Source: a virus (taxonomy: Duplodnaviria > Caudoviricetes). Taken from it: 64,000 nucleotides of DNA. Positions 29,001 through 38,666 of this stretch are shown piece by piece. The first letter of the stretch is position 1. Every line of letters begins with the position of its first letter. The position numbers and the translations under genes were made by a program. The stretch spans positions 160,001-224,000 of the IMG/VR virus record IMGVR_UViG_2974506496_000001. One strand, written 5' to 3'. Under the pieces are notes generated by a model that saw only the letters and a list, made by a program, of their open reading frames with translations, made no database searches and had not been told where the DNA came from.

Positions 29001-29648
29001 ATGTCAGTCATGACAGGTGGTTTTGGCGCAATCAATGCGCTAATGTCCAACGGCCGCCCGACTCAGGGTGCCATGGAGTATTTTAACAATCAGTATCAGG
29101 GCATGCTGCAAGCAGCGCAGCAAGTGGGTAGTGTAGCGATGCAGCAGATCTATCAGATCGCAACACACACCTATGAGAACCTGATGCAGACCCGTCCGTG
29201 GGAACTGGCAGAAGCAGCGTTGCGTCAAACAGTGCACATGTTTGACCCGAACACGGTTCGTCAGCTTCTCAACCTGGCTGATATGCAAACCGCCAAACCG
29301 ATCATGCAGCGGTGGGTGATGGCGCAACCGGATATCCGTCAGATGTATCATCAGCAGCGTATCGATGGTTACAGCGAAACGTATGAAGATGCCCAACCAG
29401 GGATGGTAGGTGCAGACCATTATGATTATCGTCGTGCAGCAAACGGCATGTTGCAGTTTGCACACACTGAAGAGGTGCCGATGGCGTCTTGGCAGGCGAC
29501 GACCTATTATGAGCGTCTGGTAGAAGGTGATAACGAACTGTCGTTCCATGAGAAGCGTGACATCCATGTAACCTGGGATGCGTGTCTGAATCTGATGAAC
29601 ACACAGGCGTATGATCCGACCTCCATCTTCAACATGAAGCTGGCGTAA
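29001..29648 (+). CDS. conserved chimallivirus core protein (phiKZ gp59-like by synteny)
   Basis: AGGAG RBS; MQRWVMAQP, IDGYSETY, C-terminal DPTS. Confidence 0.55.
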   Translation: MSVMTGGFGAINALMSNGRPTQGAMEYFNNQYQGMLQAAQQVGSVAMQQIYQIATHTYENLMQTRPWELAEAALRQTVHMFDPNTVRQLLNLADMQTAKPIMQRWVMAQPDIRQMYHQQRIDGYSETYEDAQPGMVGADHYDYRRAANGMLQFAHTEEVPMASWQATTYYERLVEGDNELSFHEKRDIHVTWDACLNLMNTQAYDPTSIFNMKLA

Positions 29649-29678
29649 GTTAATCGGAGGAGGGGTAGCCCTCCTCTT

Positions 29679-29921
29679 ATGCCGTTTGAGGGTAGCATGG
29701 CAAAAAAGGAACTCACGATGAAGCGACTTCAGATAGACATCTCTGAACAGGGCTTTAGCAAACTCAATGCACTCAAGGTGAAAATGGAAACCACTGCCAT
29801 GGGTAGCGTTGTCAGCCGCGCCTTATCGATTACCGATCGTTTGTTCACCGCCAAGGAGAAAGGCAGTAAGATCCTGATCGTGGATAAAGATGGTAATGTC
29901 ACCGAAATCGAATTACTGTAG
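29679..29921 (+). CDS. ribbon-helix-helix-like DNA-binding protein (start probably 29697 or 29718)
   Basis: KRLQIDIS strand followed by two helices (SKLNALK, SVVSRAL). Confidence 0.5.
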   Translation: MPFEGSMAKKELTMKRLQIDISEQGFSKLNALKVKMETTAMGSVVSRALSITDRLFTAKEKGSKILIVDKDGNVTEIELL

Positions 29922-29929
29922 AGGTTAAC

Positions 29930-30157
29930 ATGGCTTGGTCCAAACGCCGTGCAAAGAAACGCATCATTCACTTACGTGGTTTTCATTATCGTGTTCAATC
30001 ACGTAGTATCGCAATCTGGGAACAGTATCGCGAATATCATCAAAATCGACCATTTGGATCTGGCGTTGGTTTATTGATGTTACTTGACCCTGAAACTGGT
30101 TGTCCAATAGGAGCTCATCGTGGCCTTAAGCAAAACAAAAATAAAGCGTCGTACTAA
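29930..30157 (+). CDS. small basic protein
   Basis: GAGG RBS; MAWSKRRAKKR. Confidence 0.55.
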   Translation: MAWSKRRAKKRIIHLRGFHYRVQSRSIAIWEQYREYHQNRPFGSGVGLLMLLDPETGCPIGAHRGLKQNKNKASY

Positions 30158-30404
30158 TGCGCTGTATAACTACAAAACGCTGGTTGAACGCATTAGCTAT
30201 AAATGCATGATAGCCCACATCGATGCTCAGGGTATCAAGCTTGAATTGAACCGCACGGGTTCGTCAATTAAAAGTGAAGACATTCCTGCTGCAAAAGAAG
30301 CCCGTCTTGCATTGAAACGCGAAATCGTCCGTCTGCGGAATATCCAGGGGCGTCGTCGTATCGTGAATGCCGGTAAGATCAAAGCGGCAATCAGCCAGTA
30401 TTAA
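30120..30404 (+). CDS. small basic protein
   Basis: AGGAG RBS; MALSKTKIKRR; followed by terminator. Confidence 0.6.
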   Translation: MALSKTKIKRRTNALYNYKTLVERISYKCMIAHIDAQGIKLELNRTGSSIKSEDIPAAKEARLALKREIVRLRNIQGRRRIVNAGKIKAAISQY

Positions 30405-30466
30405 TAGAAGGGACTTCGGTCCCTTTATTTTTTTTTTGTCTTGAATAATGAAATTTTTACGCTGTA

Positions 30467-30488
30467 GAAAATCTTAGACCTATATAAC
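30467..30488 (+). promoter_or_regulatory. extended early promoter GAAAATCTYAGACCTATAT
   Basis: Near-identical copies at ~31073 and ~53341. Confidence 0.6.
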
Positions 30489-30528
30489 GGCACTGATAGA
30501 GTAATCTAAATTAACTTACGAGGTTATC

Positions 30529-31059
30529 ATGAAAAACACTACTTTTCTAATTGAGACCCTGAAACGTATCTTGGAAGAGCTGGACCAGGCAACGTTATCA
30601 ACTGAAGAAAAAATTGAATTAACCACCATGGTTGAGAAAGAACATTTTGCTAAGCTGTTCGGTGTCCGCGCAGAAGAAACCACTCAGTTAAGTGAGCGCG
30701 ATTTCTCTAAACTGACCGGTTATCAGTACAACAGTGTTTACGCGGGGTTAGATTTGGTTGGTAATTTTGACTGGGTGATCACGGCGGATGGCGCAGTCGT
30801 AACAAGAGAAATGCCTCATCACGGCAGTAACCATTGGTTGCCACCGCGCAGGCAATTTATATTCAGACTGATCGATGAAGGTCGTGAAATATTTAATGAA
30901 GGCACTAGACTGCTTGTTATCAGAATTGAGAACACCATCACCAAAGAGGTCTTTTCAATTAACTTTGAAGTTGCTGATATTCAAATCGGCAGTGCGGTTG
31001 TTAAAATGGTTGAGCGTTATCTGTTCGATTATTACAGGGTCAGCGTCAAGAAACTGTAA
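30529..31059 (+). CDS. hypothetical early protein
   Basis: GAGG RBS after the promoter motif. Confidence 0.7.
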   Translation: MKNTTFLIETLKRILEELDQATLSTEEKIELTTMVEKEHFAKLFGVRAEETTQLSERDFSKLTGYQYNSVYAGLDLVGNFDWVITADGAVVTREMPHHGSNHWLPPRRQFIFRLIDEGREIFNEGTRLLVIRIENTITKEVFSINFEVADIQIGSAVVKMVERYLFDYYRVSVKKL

Positions 31060-31162
31060 AATATGAGTTGCAGAAAATCTCAGACCTATATGACTGGGGT
31101 GATAAAGAGTAGTGAATACTCTTAACCCCTAACCCAATTAACCTTAAGTATGGAGTAGTATC

Positions 31163-31453
31163 ATGACTGTAACTTTCTCTCAGCAAATGCAGGTTGTCGA
31201 ATCTATCGCTGTGATGCAGGAAAAAGCAATGGAACTGCAAGTTGCTACCAAAGCGTGTTACGACGAAGTCACCCGTCTGGCCAACCGACTGGCTGACATC
31301 AACGACCCACTCGGCTTTCAGAAAGCCTATGAAGAATATCGTGCCAAGCTGGCTGAAGCGGATGTATTAGCCGATGCTACTCGCCTGGCTTACAACATGT
31401 CAGACGCTGCACTGAAAACCATCCTGGGTGAAGCTAACCCAACCTTTCATTAA
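31163..31453 (+). CDS. hypothetical helical early protein
   Basis: GGAG RBS after the promoter motif. Confidence 0.7.
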   Translation: MTVTFSQQMQVVESIAVMQEKAMELQVATKACYDEVTRLANRLADINDPLGFQKAYEEYRAKLAEADVLADATRLAYNMSDAALKTILGEANPTFH

Positions 31454-31492
31454 TAGTTAATTACTCATCGTCATTACGCCTCGGAGAAACTC

Positions 31493-31702
31493 ATGAGCGA
31501 TTTTATTAGCAACCTGTTCGAAATCGCTATTGCAGTTTCTTCTGTAGTGGCGATGGTTAAATTGATTAAATCTGATAATGCCTATATTGCAGAAACAGTT
31601 CGTATCATCGATGCCTGCGCTTCTTTACAGGAAGGGCAAGTAATTCAGGGCGAAGTGGTTAACACCAACACCCAGACAACCAACTTATACATCACCCATT
31701 AA
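31493..31702 (+). CDS. small protein with hydrophobic N-terminus
   Basis: GGAG RBS. Confidence 0.6.
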   Translation: MSDFISNLFEIAIAVSSVVAMVKLIKSDNAYIAETVRIIDACASLQEGQVIQGEVVNTNTQTTNLYITH

Positions 31703-31724
31703 TCTACTTGTAAGGAATACACCC

Positions 31725-32186
31725 ATGTCAAACTCTATGTTCATCTGCCTGTCACTGTTAGCGGTTATCTCTGTCTCCGGTGGTATCGCCTTTGCCAAGA
31801 GCCTGTCACCGACCCATGCCATGATGACCGCCTTTGCTTACTTACGTGAGCAACTCGGTGATGACGCAGCACAGTACGAATACGATAAACGCTCACACCT
31901 TCTTTGCATGACAAACCTGGTGGAAACTAACTATGCCCTGGTCTGCGGTAAGCACTTTGAACGCGCAGAACAAAAACGTGCATGGTTAGTTAAGGAAGCA
32001 GAAGAGATCCAGCTCACCCCGCGTCAACAACTGATGCTGCTGGACTCCTTACTGAACCTGAACACCCGTCCTGAACAAGCAAAGAAAATTGTTAAAGTAC
32101 GTTCAACCAAAGAGATCGTTGACTTGGCTGCGCAGTATGCGAGCGACAACCGTCGTATCGAAGCTCCGCTGGCCTTGTTCCGCTAA
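31725..32186 (+). CDS. protein with N-terminal signal or membrane anchor
   Basis: MFICLSLLAVISVSGGIAFA; AAGGA RBS. Confidence 0.65.
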   Translation: MSNSMFICLSLLAVISVSGGIAFAKSLSPTHAMMTAFAYLREQLGDDAAQYEYDKRSHLLCMTNLVETNYALVCGKHFERAEQKRAWLVKEAEEIQLTPRQQLMLLDSLLNLNTRPEQAKKIVKVRSTKEIVDLAAQYASDNRRIEAPLALFR

Positions 32187-32309
32187 TGTAAGCTGTAGTG
32201 TATTGGTCACCTCATGACCGGAGCTCACCCTAACCGGTGGGCTCTTTTTTTTGTCTTCTTTTTTTTTGTTCGGGGATTATATGTAGTCCATATTAGCTAA
32301 GAGGACATT

Positions 32310-32714
32310 ATGGCAGAGCGTGTAGTTCCAACCATGTCCGTAACCGGGTACGTAACCGGCGTGACTGAAACCATTGACCGGATGTTTGCCTACTGGCTGA
32401 CCGCACAATACTCTCAAACGTATCTTGCTCGCGGTAACATTCACTCCCTTCAATATTTGATCCAGCAGTATGACGGTAACCCAGAACGTCTGTGTGATGC
32501 GGTGGTGAAAGACCTCAAGAACTATTTTACGGGTCCGTTTGATGCCGCCACGGTTACCTGTAATCCACGTTATGCGACCAGTGAGCGTGATGAGAAGTTC
32601 TATATGCTGGAGATCGATATCAAAGTTTCTAATGGCGATATCGGTTATGATGTTGGTCGCCGTCTGCTAGAGATTGAAGACGGTATCTTTAAACGCATTG
32701 TAGGTACTCTGTAA
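32310..32714 (+). CDS. conserved chimallivirus core protein
   Basis: GAGGA RBS; position upstream of the SbcD-like gene. Confidence 0.6.
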   Translation: MAERVVPTMSVTGYVTGVTETIDRMFAYWLTAQYSQTYLARGNIHSLQYLIQQYDGNPERLCDAVVKDLKNYFTGPFDAATVTCNPRYATSERDEKFYMLEIDIKVSNGDIGYDVGRRLLEIEDGIFKRIVGTL

Positions 32715-33316
32715 TGGCACAAACCGAACACGATAAAATGATGCACCAGCGGGCAGGGTCGATTGAGCGTCGACTGGCACAGGCCGCCCAGCATGAACGT
32801 AATCCCCAAATCCAGGAAGCGGAGTTCACACGGGTATTCCTGCCGATGTTTGTTGGCGGGGGCGAATACATTAATCAGGATGCTTGGGTAGCGGTTGCCG
32901 GTTCTGTTAATAATGAAGTCGATGTCTTCCGCGGGCAAGAGTATCTTTATACCCTGCCAGCCTTAGCCATCCCGATTCGCTCTGAGATCTCCAGTCGTAG
33001 CCAGAATGGTCGCATGGGTGATAACTGGATGGGCACAGGCTTAAACGCCGCAGACGATCCAGGCTCAATTGAGAGCGTGATGTCGATCGATGCCAAGGGT
33101 AAACAGGTTGCGTTAGCCAGTACTGCTGAGGAGCACATGGCACGCTGGGATGAGGTGTTCAAACGTTACGGGCTGGACTACCGCGTAATCCGTGCTGACC
33201 TCCATGAACGTAAAACAGGTCAGAAAGTTAATCCCAACATTATCGATCAATCAGATAAGGCATTAGCGACTAAACAGGTTGAGCTCGATGACAACGGTGA
33301 TTACGAAGACTACTAA
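32714..33316 (+). CDS. conserved chimallivirus core protein
   Basis: TAATG overlap; IQEAEF.RVFLP.F, W.AVAGS. Confidence 0.6.
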   Translation: MAQTEHDKMMHQRAGSIERRLAQAAQHERNPQIQEAEFTRVFLPMFVGGGEYINQDAWVAVAGSVNNEVDVFRGQEYLYTLPALAIPIRSEISSRSQNGRMGDNWMGTGLNAADDPGSIESVMSIDAKGKQVALASTAEEHMARWDEVFKRYGLDYRVIRADLHERKTGQKVNPNIIDQSDKALATKQVELDDNGDYEDY

Positions 33317-34433
33317 AAAACCTGGCATGGTACGGATTATTCAGACAGGCGATATTCACCTCTGTCATAAGCGCACCCCAACGGCGAACATTATCCGTAC
33401 ACTGAACTACATCTTTTATGAAAACGAATCCTTGGCTGAAACTGACCTTATCATCCTTGCCGGGGATGTCTGGGATACTCTGGTGACCATGCCTAATGAC
33501 GATGCATTATTAGCTCGTCAATGGATTCGTAAGTTTGTCGAAGATTGCGCACAACACAATGTGATTTTAGATGTGTTAGAAGGCACTCCTGACCATGATT
33601 GGGAGCAGTCTTCTGAGTTCACCCTCTTTGAAACCAGTTGTGAAGTGCGCTACATCAAAACCCTGCAGATTGTCCGTCATGAGCACTTGGATTTAAATAT
33701 CCTTTATGTGCCCGATGAATGGCGCCCAACCATTGAAGCGATCTGGGAAGATGTGTGTGTGGCGATGACTGAAGCCGGACTGGATAAGGTGGATGTCGCA
33801 GTGGTGCACGGGGGATTTGATTTTAACTTCCCGCCAGAATACAACATCAAAGGCCACAGCGCTGAGCGCTTTAGCAGCATTGTCAAACATGCGGTGTTTG
33901 CTAACCACATCCACAAAGCCCAGAGCTTTATGAAAGTGCACGGTCCAGGTTCACCGGATCGATTAGCACAGGGTGAGGAAGGGGACAAAGGTTACCATCG
34001 GGTGGTGATTGATCAGAAGACCGATCAGATGCGCATCCAGTGGATTAAGAACCCACATGCCTGGACCCATATCGCAATCAACGTTGCAGATATGTCGGTT
34101 GAGGAGATCGTCGCCAAAGCCAAAGCGATCGCAGCACCACTAAGAGCCGGCAGTTATCTGCGTTTTGATAACGGTGATCCCTTAGTGGTGAAAGCGGTAC
34201 TGTGGGCATTGAAAGCAGAAATCCCGCATGTGATCTTGGAATACAAAAACAAGAAGCAAGCAGGGATCACTCAAACGCACCAAACTTATGCCAAGAAGTT
34301 TTCTGGCACCCACATTAACCGCAACAATGCCAAAGAGTCGATCGTCGGCTGGTTGCAGGGTAAAGGGTTAACGGACGACTCACAGGGTCAGTATTTAAGT
34401 GATATCTTACAGCGCGCCATGGCGCTGAAGTAG
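33279..34433 (+). CDS. SbcD/Mre11-like metallophosphoesterase nuclease
   Basis: GDIH, AGDVWD, GTPDHD, VHGG and NHIH motifs. Confidence 0.85.
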   Translation: MSSMTTVITKTTKKPGMVRIIQTGDIHLCHKRTPTANIIRTLNYIFYENESLAETDLIILAGDVWDTLVTMPNDDALLARQWIRKFVEDCAQHNVILDVLEGTPDHDWEQSSEFTLFETSCEVRYIKTLQIVRHEHLDLNILYVPDEWRPTIEAIWEDVCVAMTEAGLDKVDVAVVHGGFDFNFPPEYNIKGHSAERFSSIVKHAVFANHIHKAQSFMKVHGPGSPDRLAQGEEGDKGYHRVVIDQKTDQMRIQWIKNPHAWTHIAINVADMSVEEIVAKAKAIAAPLRAGSYLRFDNGDPLVVKAVLWALKAEIPHVILEYKNKKQAGITQTHQTYAKKFSGTHINRNNAKESIVGWLQGKGLTDDSQGQYLSDILQRAMALK

Positions 34434-34443
34434 TGAGGGTGTT

Positions 34444-35244
34444 ATGGCTGACAGGACCATGGGGATCTTGCCGATGTCAGTCGGCACCTCCCTTTCATTT
34501 GAAGCATTAATGGCAAAACCCGTTGAACCGATTGAAACCTTAGTGCTGAACATCGGGACCATCTTTCGTAATGTCTATCAGGCGTATGATACCGATGACC
34601 GCGATCGCTTAGGGATTGATAAGTTGCATGACGATATGATTGCAGATATGTCAGCGATTTACGACATCTTAAAAGACATCGGGAAAGCGGGTGTGCCAGA
34701 TTACAAACTGTATCACGGGCGCTATGAACGGTTAGCTTCCGCCTTTCCACTGGCGAAGATCTGGGAGCCTTCTTCGGATATTCAGAAGACGTACGCACGA
34801 CTTGAACGCAACGTCCTGGAGAAGGTGATCAAGACAATGCGGGGGTTAGTGCAAGAGGTGGATCACACCTTACCGATTTCCGTAAAGAATACCTATGTGA
34901 TGACCCATCACATCGTAGACCTGGTTGTGCCGGCTGGTTACGGTGAGATTACGTTGGTGGAATCCCATACAGGCGCCTTGAAGAAGAAACCGTTATGGCA
35001 TACCAAACTCACCAACGGGCGTTCGCTTGAGCGTATTCCGTTTAACCGACTGACCTTGCAGGTGTTCGGTGATAACTCTGTGAACTTCAAAGCCAACAGC
35101 TTTAAATACAAAGCGGCACTGATGAAGCTTGCAGAGGAGAACAAGTGGACACCCATGGCAACCCGTGATCGTATCAAGCTTGGCATTGAAACGTTAAAGG
35201 ACGCGCAGCTGAAAGCGGACTTGTCAAAAATGCTCAGTGTATAA
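34444..35244 (+). CDS. conserved chimallivirus core protein (phiKZ gp66-like by synteny)
   Basis: 266 aa between the SbcD-like gene and the ChmC-like gene. Confidence 0.55.
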   Translation: MADRTMGILPMSVGTSLSFEALMAKPVEPIETLVLNIGTIFRNVYQAYDTDDRDRLGIDKLHDDMIADMSAIYDILKDIGKAGVPDYKLYHGRYERLASAFPLAKIWEPSSDIQKTYARLERNVLEKVIKTMRGLVQEVDHTLPISVKNTYVMTHHIVDLVVPAGYGEITLVESHTGALKKKPLWHTKLTNGRSLERIPFNRLTLQVFGDNSVNFKANSFKYKAALMKLAEENKWTPMATRDRIKLGIETLKDAQLKADLSKMLSV

Positions 35245-35307
35245 ATCAACATAACTGCTCTAACTTTATAGAGCAGTATAACTAATTAGTCCTAAAAGGA
35301 GCAACAC

Positions 35308-36078
35308 ATGGCTGGTCCACAGCGTCAATTTAAAGCTCGTGAAAAATCTTACTTGAGCGAGTACTCGATGAACCTTCAGGGCCCGGTGCAAGCTGGCGCT
35401 CAGTTCCCTGCTGAATTCCGCATGGCCTTTGCAGCCAACAAAGTGGCCATTCAGGTTGAAACCAAAAACCGCGATAACAAAAATAACGGTCGCTTTGAAA
35501 TCGTTGTTCCTTATCTGGGCGCTATCGGTGTGCTGAATACGATCGACAAGCTTATTCAGGACAAAGCACGCAGTAAGCTGCAATACAAAGTGAAAGACTT
35601 CGTTTACTTCGGTAAAGGTAACAAGTCTGACTCACCAATGATCAAAGGCACCCTGACTGTAGGGCGTGATAACGAAGGCTGTCTCTATATCGGCATGTCC
35701 GGTAAAGACATCACCCCAATCAAATTCATCTTCGCCCTGCCGGCGCATGATGAACTGTGCGATGACTCAGGTCAGCGTCTGGGTGATGCTGAGCACTCTG
35801 AGTTTGCTGCGAAGAACTTCGTGGTCGGTTACCTGGGTCTGCTGCCAGTGGTGATGGGTATTCACTATACCCCACCTGAACCGAAGAACCCAGATGGCGG
35901 TAATGGCGGTGGCGGTGGTCAAGGCGGTGGCGGCTGGGGCGGTAATGGCGGCGGGAACCGTGGCGGTGGTAATGGCGGGGGAAACCAGTACGGCCAAGGC
36001 GGCAATCAGGGCGGCGGGAACGCCTCTGGTTCTGGTAGCAGCGGCGGCGGTGACTTCGCAGATGACCTGCCTTTCTAA
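35308..36078 (+). CDS. chmC: ChmC-like nucleic-acid-binding protein with Gly-rich tail ending in SSB-like DFADDLPF
   Basis: Synteny (upstream of the gp68-like and PicA-like genes); Gly/Asn-rich disordered tail. Confidence 0.55.
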   Translation: MAGPQRQFKAREKSYLSEYSMNLQGPVQAGAQFPAEFRMAFAANKVAIQVETKNRDNKNNGRFEIVVPYLGAIGVLNTIDKLIQDKARSKLQYKVKDFVYFGKGNKSDSPMIKGTLTVGRDNEGCLYIGMSGKDITPIKFIFALPAHDELCDDSGQRLGDAEHSEFAAKNFVVGYLGLLPVVMGIHYTPPEPKNPDGGNGGGGGQGGGGWGGNGGGNRGGGNGGGNQYGQGGNQGGGNASGSGSSGGGDFADDLPF

Positions 36079-36155
36079 ATAGACAGGACGATGAATTCAG
36101 CATAAGTCATTGTCTGGGTTCATCCACAACAGAGGAGGGTGAAAACCCTCCTCTT

Positions 36156-36479
36156 GTGCCGTCCACGGACTGGGCTATAGCTCACGCTTACTCCCCAGGG
36201 TATGGGCGATTCAAACGCCGACATTTCAGGAAGAATACGCGCAAGCGACCCCCACGGCCATGTAAGAATAAAAGTAAGTTGATGAAGGTGGCTCAGAGTA
36301 AGTTGGGTTATGCGATCATGACAGGCAGGGTAATCAGGCAGGCAGTATGTGATGAGTGTGAGGCGGATGAACGTATCGAGCCTTTGCAAGTCAATTATGC
36401 TAAGCCGTATATCGTGCTGTGGCTTTGTCCACGTTGTCATGCTGACTGGTACCTGACAAATGAGCCGGCGTACAGCTGA
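36156..36479 (+). CDS. degenerate HNH-like zinc-binding protein
   Basis: CDEC...Y.KP..V.WLCPRCH..W. Confidence 0.5.
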   Translation: MPSTDWAIAHAYSPGYGRFKRRHFRKNTRKRPPRPCKNKSKLMKVAQSKLGYAIMTGRVIRQAVCDECEADERIEPLQVNYAKPYIVLWLCPRCHADWYLTNEPAYS

Positions 36480-36510
36480 GGGTTTCGGCCCTCCTTTATG
36501 ATACCAAGAG

Positions 36511-36909
36511 GTGACAATGTTTGAAGAACCGACACATGTTCGTTATGCATTGGTAACCCGCCCTCAACACGATGAGAAGGTAACACTGACACCCTGTGAT
36601 AATCTGATCGAAGCGGTACACAAACAAGACCGTTACGATTCGATTGCTTCTGTGGTGATCTGTGATGACTTCAAAGCGCAGGCGGTGGATGTCCGGTTAC
36701 ACTTTATCACGGGTCCGGATGACTCGGCGTACCGTGCAAAGGAAATGTTACTGGCTTCTTTTATACGCCAGAACAATGGTTGGATTCCCCGTCATGTTAC
36801 GGGCTGTATGATAGACGCTTTTGATGACGAGACCCTTACCTTCATCCAAAGCCTACTATCTTTCTTTGATTCACACAGAACCAATTTTGCTCGTTCGCTT
36901 GCTTCGTAA
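36511..36909 (+). CDS. hypothetical protein
   Basis: GAGG RBS. Confidence 0.6.
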   Translation: MTMFEEPTHVRYALVTRPQHDEKVTLTPCDNLIEAVHKQDRYDSIASVVICDDFKAQAVDVRLHFITGPDDSAYRAKEMLLASFIRQNNGWIPRHVTGCMIDAFDDETLTFIQSLLSFFDSHRTNFARSLAS

Positions 36910-37086
36910 TTTTTATTGCTGGATGCGGTAAACCCGCTCCAGCCCTTATGCCGCCTGTAATATCGTACATTATTCTACTATCTATTAGAGGAACAAATAA
37001 TCTTAAATATTTACAAGCCTACATTATCAACATGTCATAGCAGTATGTGATTTAACCTACCGTGTGATCACCGGGAGCAGCCACCA

Positions 37087-38631
37087 ATGATGTTTAAGTA
37101 CACCACCAAATCGACCTCTGAGAAGGTATGGTTAAACACAATCATAGTTGTCAGTCGTCATGGCGAAGAGATTGTGTTTAACGAAAACAACTTCTTCAAG
37201 TCGGAAGAGAAGGACCACAAAGGAACCTTCGACGAACTGAATCTCTATCTCTTGCGTTGCCTGAGTAACGAGCAACGTGACCGGATGTTTGAGTTCTATA
37301 AGCAAATCAGCTATATCCTGAAAACGGAACTGTCGGTCACGAAGGTCCTTCTGCCAAAGTTGCAGCCTTTGGTTAAAGGGATCTACGACCTGGTTAGCTT
37401 AAGCGACCTGAACGTCTTCATGTATGAAAACAAACTGACGCACATTCCGAACAGCGTACTGGATACCATCCCGTCCTCGAAAGAGTACCCGACGATGACC
37501 ACGTATGTGAAAGCGGATTACGTTAAGCTGGTTAACCTGTCGGTGTTGTTGCATCTGATGGCGCCGATCATCGCGGACTATGTCAGCAAGGTCAGTGAGT
37601 CAACCGGCAAGCAGTTTAAAGAACACGCCGCCTTACCGTTACTGGAATACACCAACATCATGTATTCTGATGAGATGGTCAAGCTGCGTAACTTCGTGAC
37701 CGCCAACTGCAGTAAAAAGCCGGTGCCGTTATCAGCCACCTTAGAAGGGATGTCAGAAGAGTCGTTCCCGGATTGGATGCTGGCGTCGGTCATTGCACGT
37801 AAGCTGTGTATCAACCATGTACGGCGTGGGGATGAGAACGGACACCTGGTCGCTGCGGTGTTTGCCTACATCAACTACAACATCAAACTGGATGGTAAGT
37901 TTGGTGGCGGAGTCATGCCAAAGAAAGAGCGTCGGGGTCTGGGAGAAGATGAACGCGAGAAAGCGGTCATTGATAACTGGAAGATGAAAGAGGATGTGGA
38001 CAAGATCGATATCTTAGCCTGTGCTGTTGGCTTTGATGATCCGGTTGCTGCTGCCAAATTCATTGAGCCTGACATCGATCCAAACATGGTGATCCGTTGC
38101 CTGAATGCGATTCCACAAGCCTGGAACTTCAGCATGACTCGTCATCAGAGCATTCTGTTGCAGTGGGTAGTGGGTGAGCTTCTGCCGCATATCGGTGATA
38201 CGTATGTGCCGCCGTTGACCGTTGAGTATTACGATTACGATGTCTGCGTGAAGTTGGTCGGGATTGCACAAGCGGTACTGTGGCATCGGGGTTATCCGAA
38301 GCTTGCAGTGTTTGCTGCGACTTATCCGTCTGAAGTGGATGCCGGCGGGATGCCGAATGCCGTGATGCCATTAGAACTGAAAGTGATGGCAGAGCTGGAA
38401 GCGTATTACGGTAATGTGCGTCTGGGTAAACGTCAGGACAGCAGCGATGGCTTGGTGCATAAAACCATCAACACCATGGTTACCTCATTGTTAGAAGATG
38501 ATTATCAGGTCGTAGGCCCTGATGAATTGTTAGCGTTATCTGGGGTGGTAGATTTCGAACGTCGAATCGTCATTCCTGAAAGCCTATATTACGATATTGC
38601 TGGCTACATTCGTTTCTTAGCCACTCGTTAA
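37087..38631 (+). CDS. non-virion RNAP promoter-specificity subunit (phiKZ gp68-like)
   Basis: 514 aa; size and synteny within the core block. Confidence 0.6.
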   Translation: MMFKYTTKSTSEKVWLNTIIVVSRHGEEIVFNENNFFKSEEKDHKGTFDELNLYLLRCLSNEQRDRMFEFYKQISYILKTELSVTKVLLPKLQPLVKGIYDLVSLSDLNVFMYENKLTHIPNSVLDTIPSSKEYPTMTTYVKADYVKLVNLSVLLHLMAPIIADYVSKVSESTGKQFKEHAALPLLEYTNIMYSDEMVKLRNFVTANCSKKPVPLSATLEGMSEESFPDWMLASVIARKLCINHVRRGDENGHLVAAVFAYINYNIKLDGKFGGGVMPKKERRGLGEDEREKAVIDNWKMKEDVDKIDILACAVGFDDPVAAAKFIEPDIDPNMVIRCLNAIPQAWNFSMTRHQSILLQWVVGELLPHIGDTYVPPLTVEYYDYDVCVKLVGIAQAVLWHRGYPKLAVFAATYPSEVDAGGMPNAVMPLELKVMAELEAYYGNVRLGKRQDSSDGLVHKTINTMVTSLLEDDYQVVGPDELLALSGVVDFERRIVIPESLYYDIAGYIRFLATR

Positions 38632-38666
38632 CTTAATTTAATCTACACCGTTAGGAGTCACCCAAG

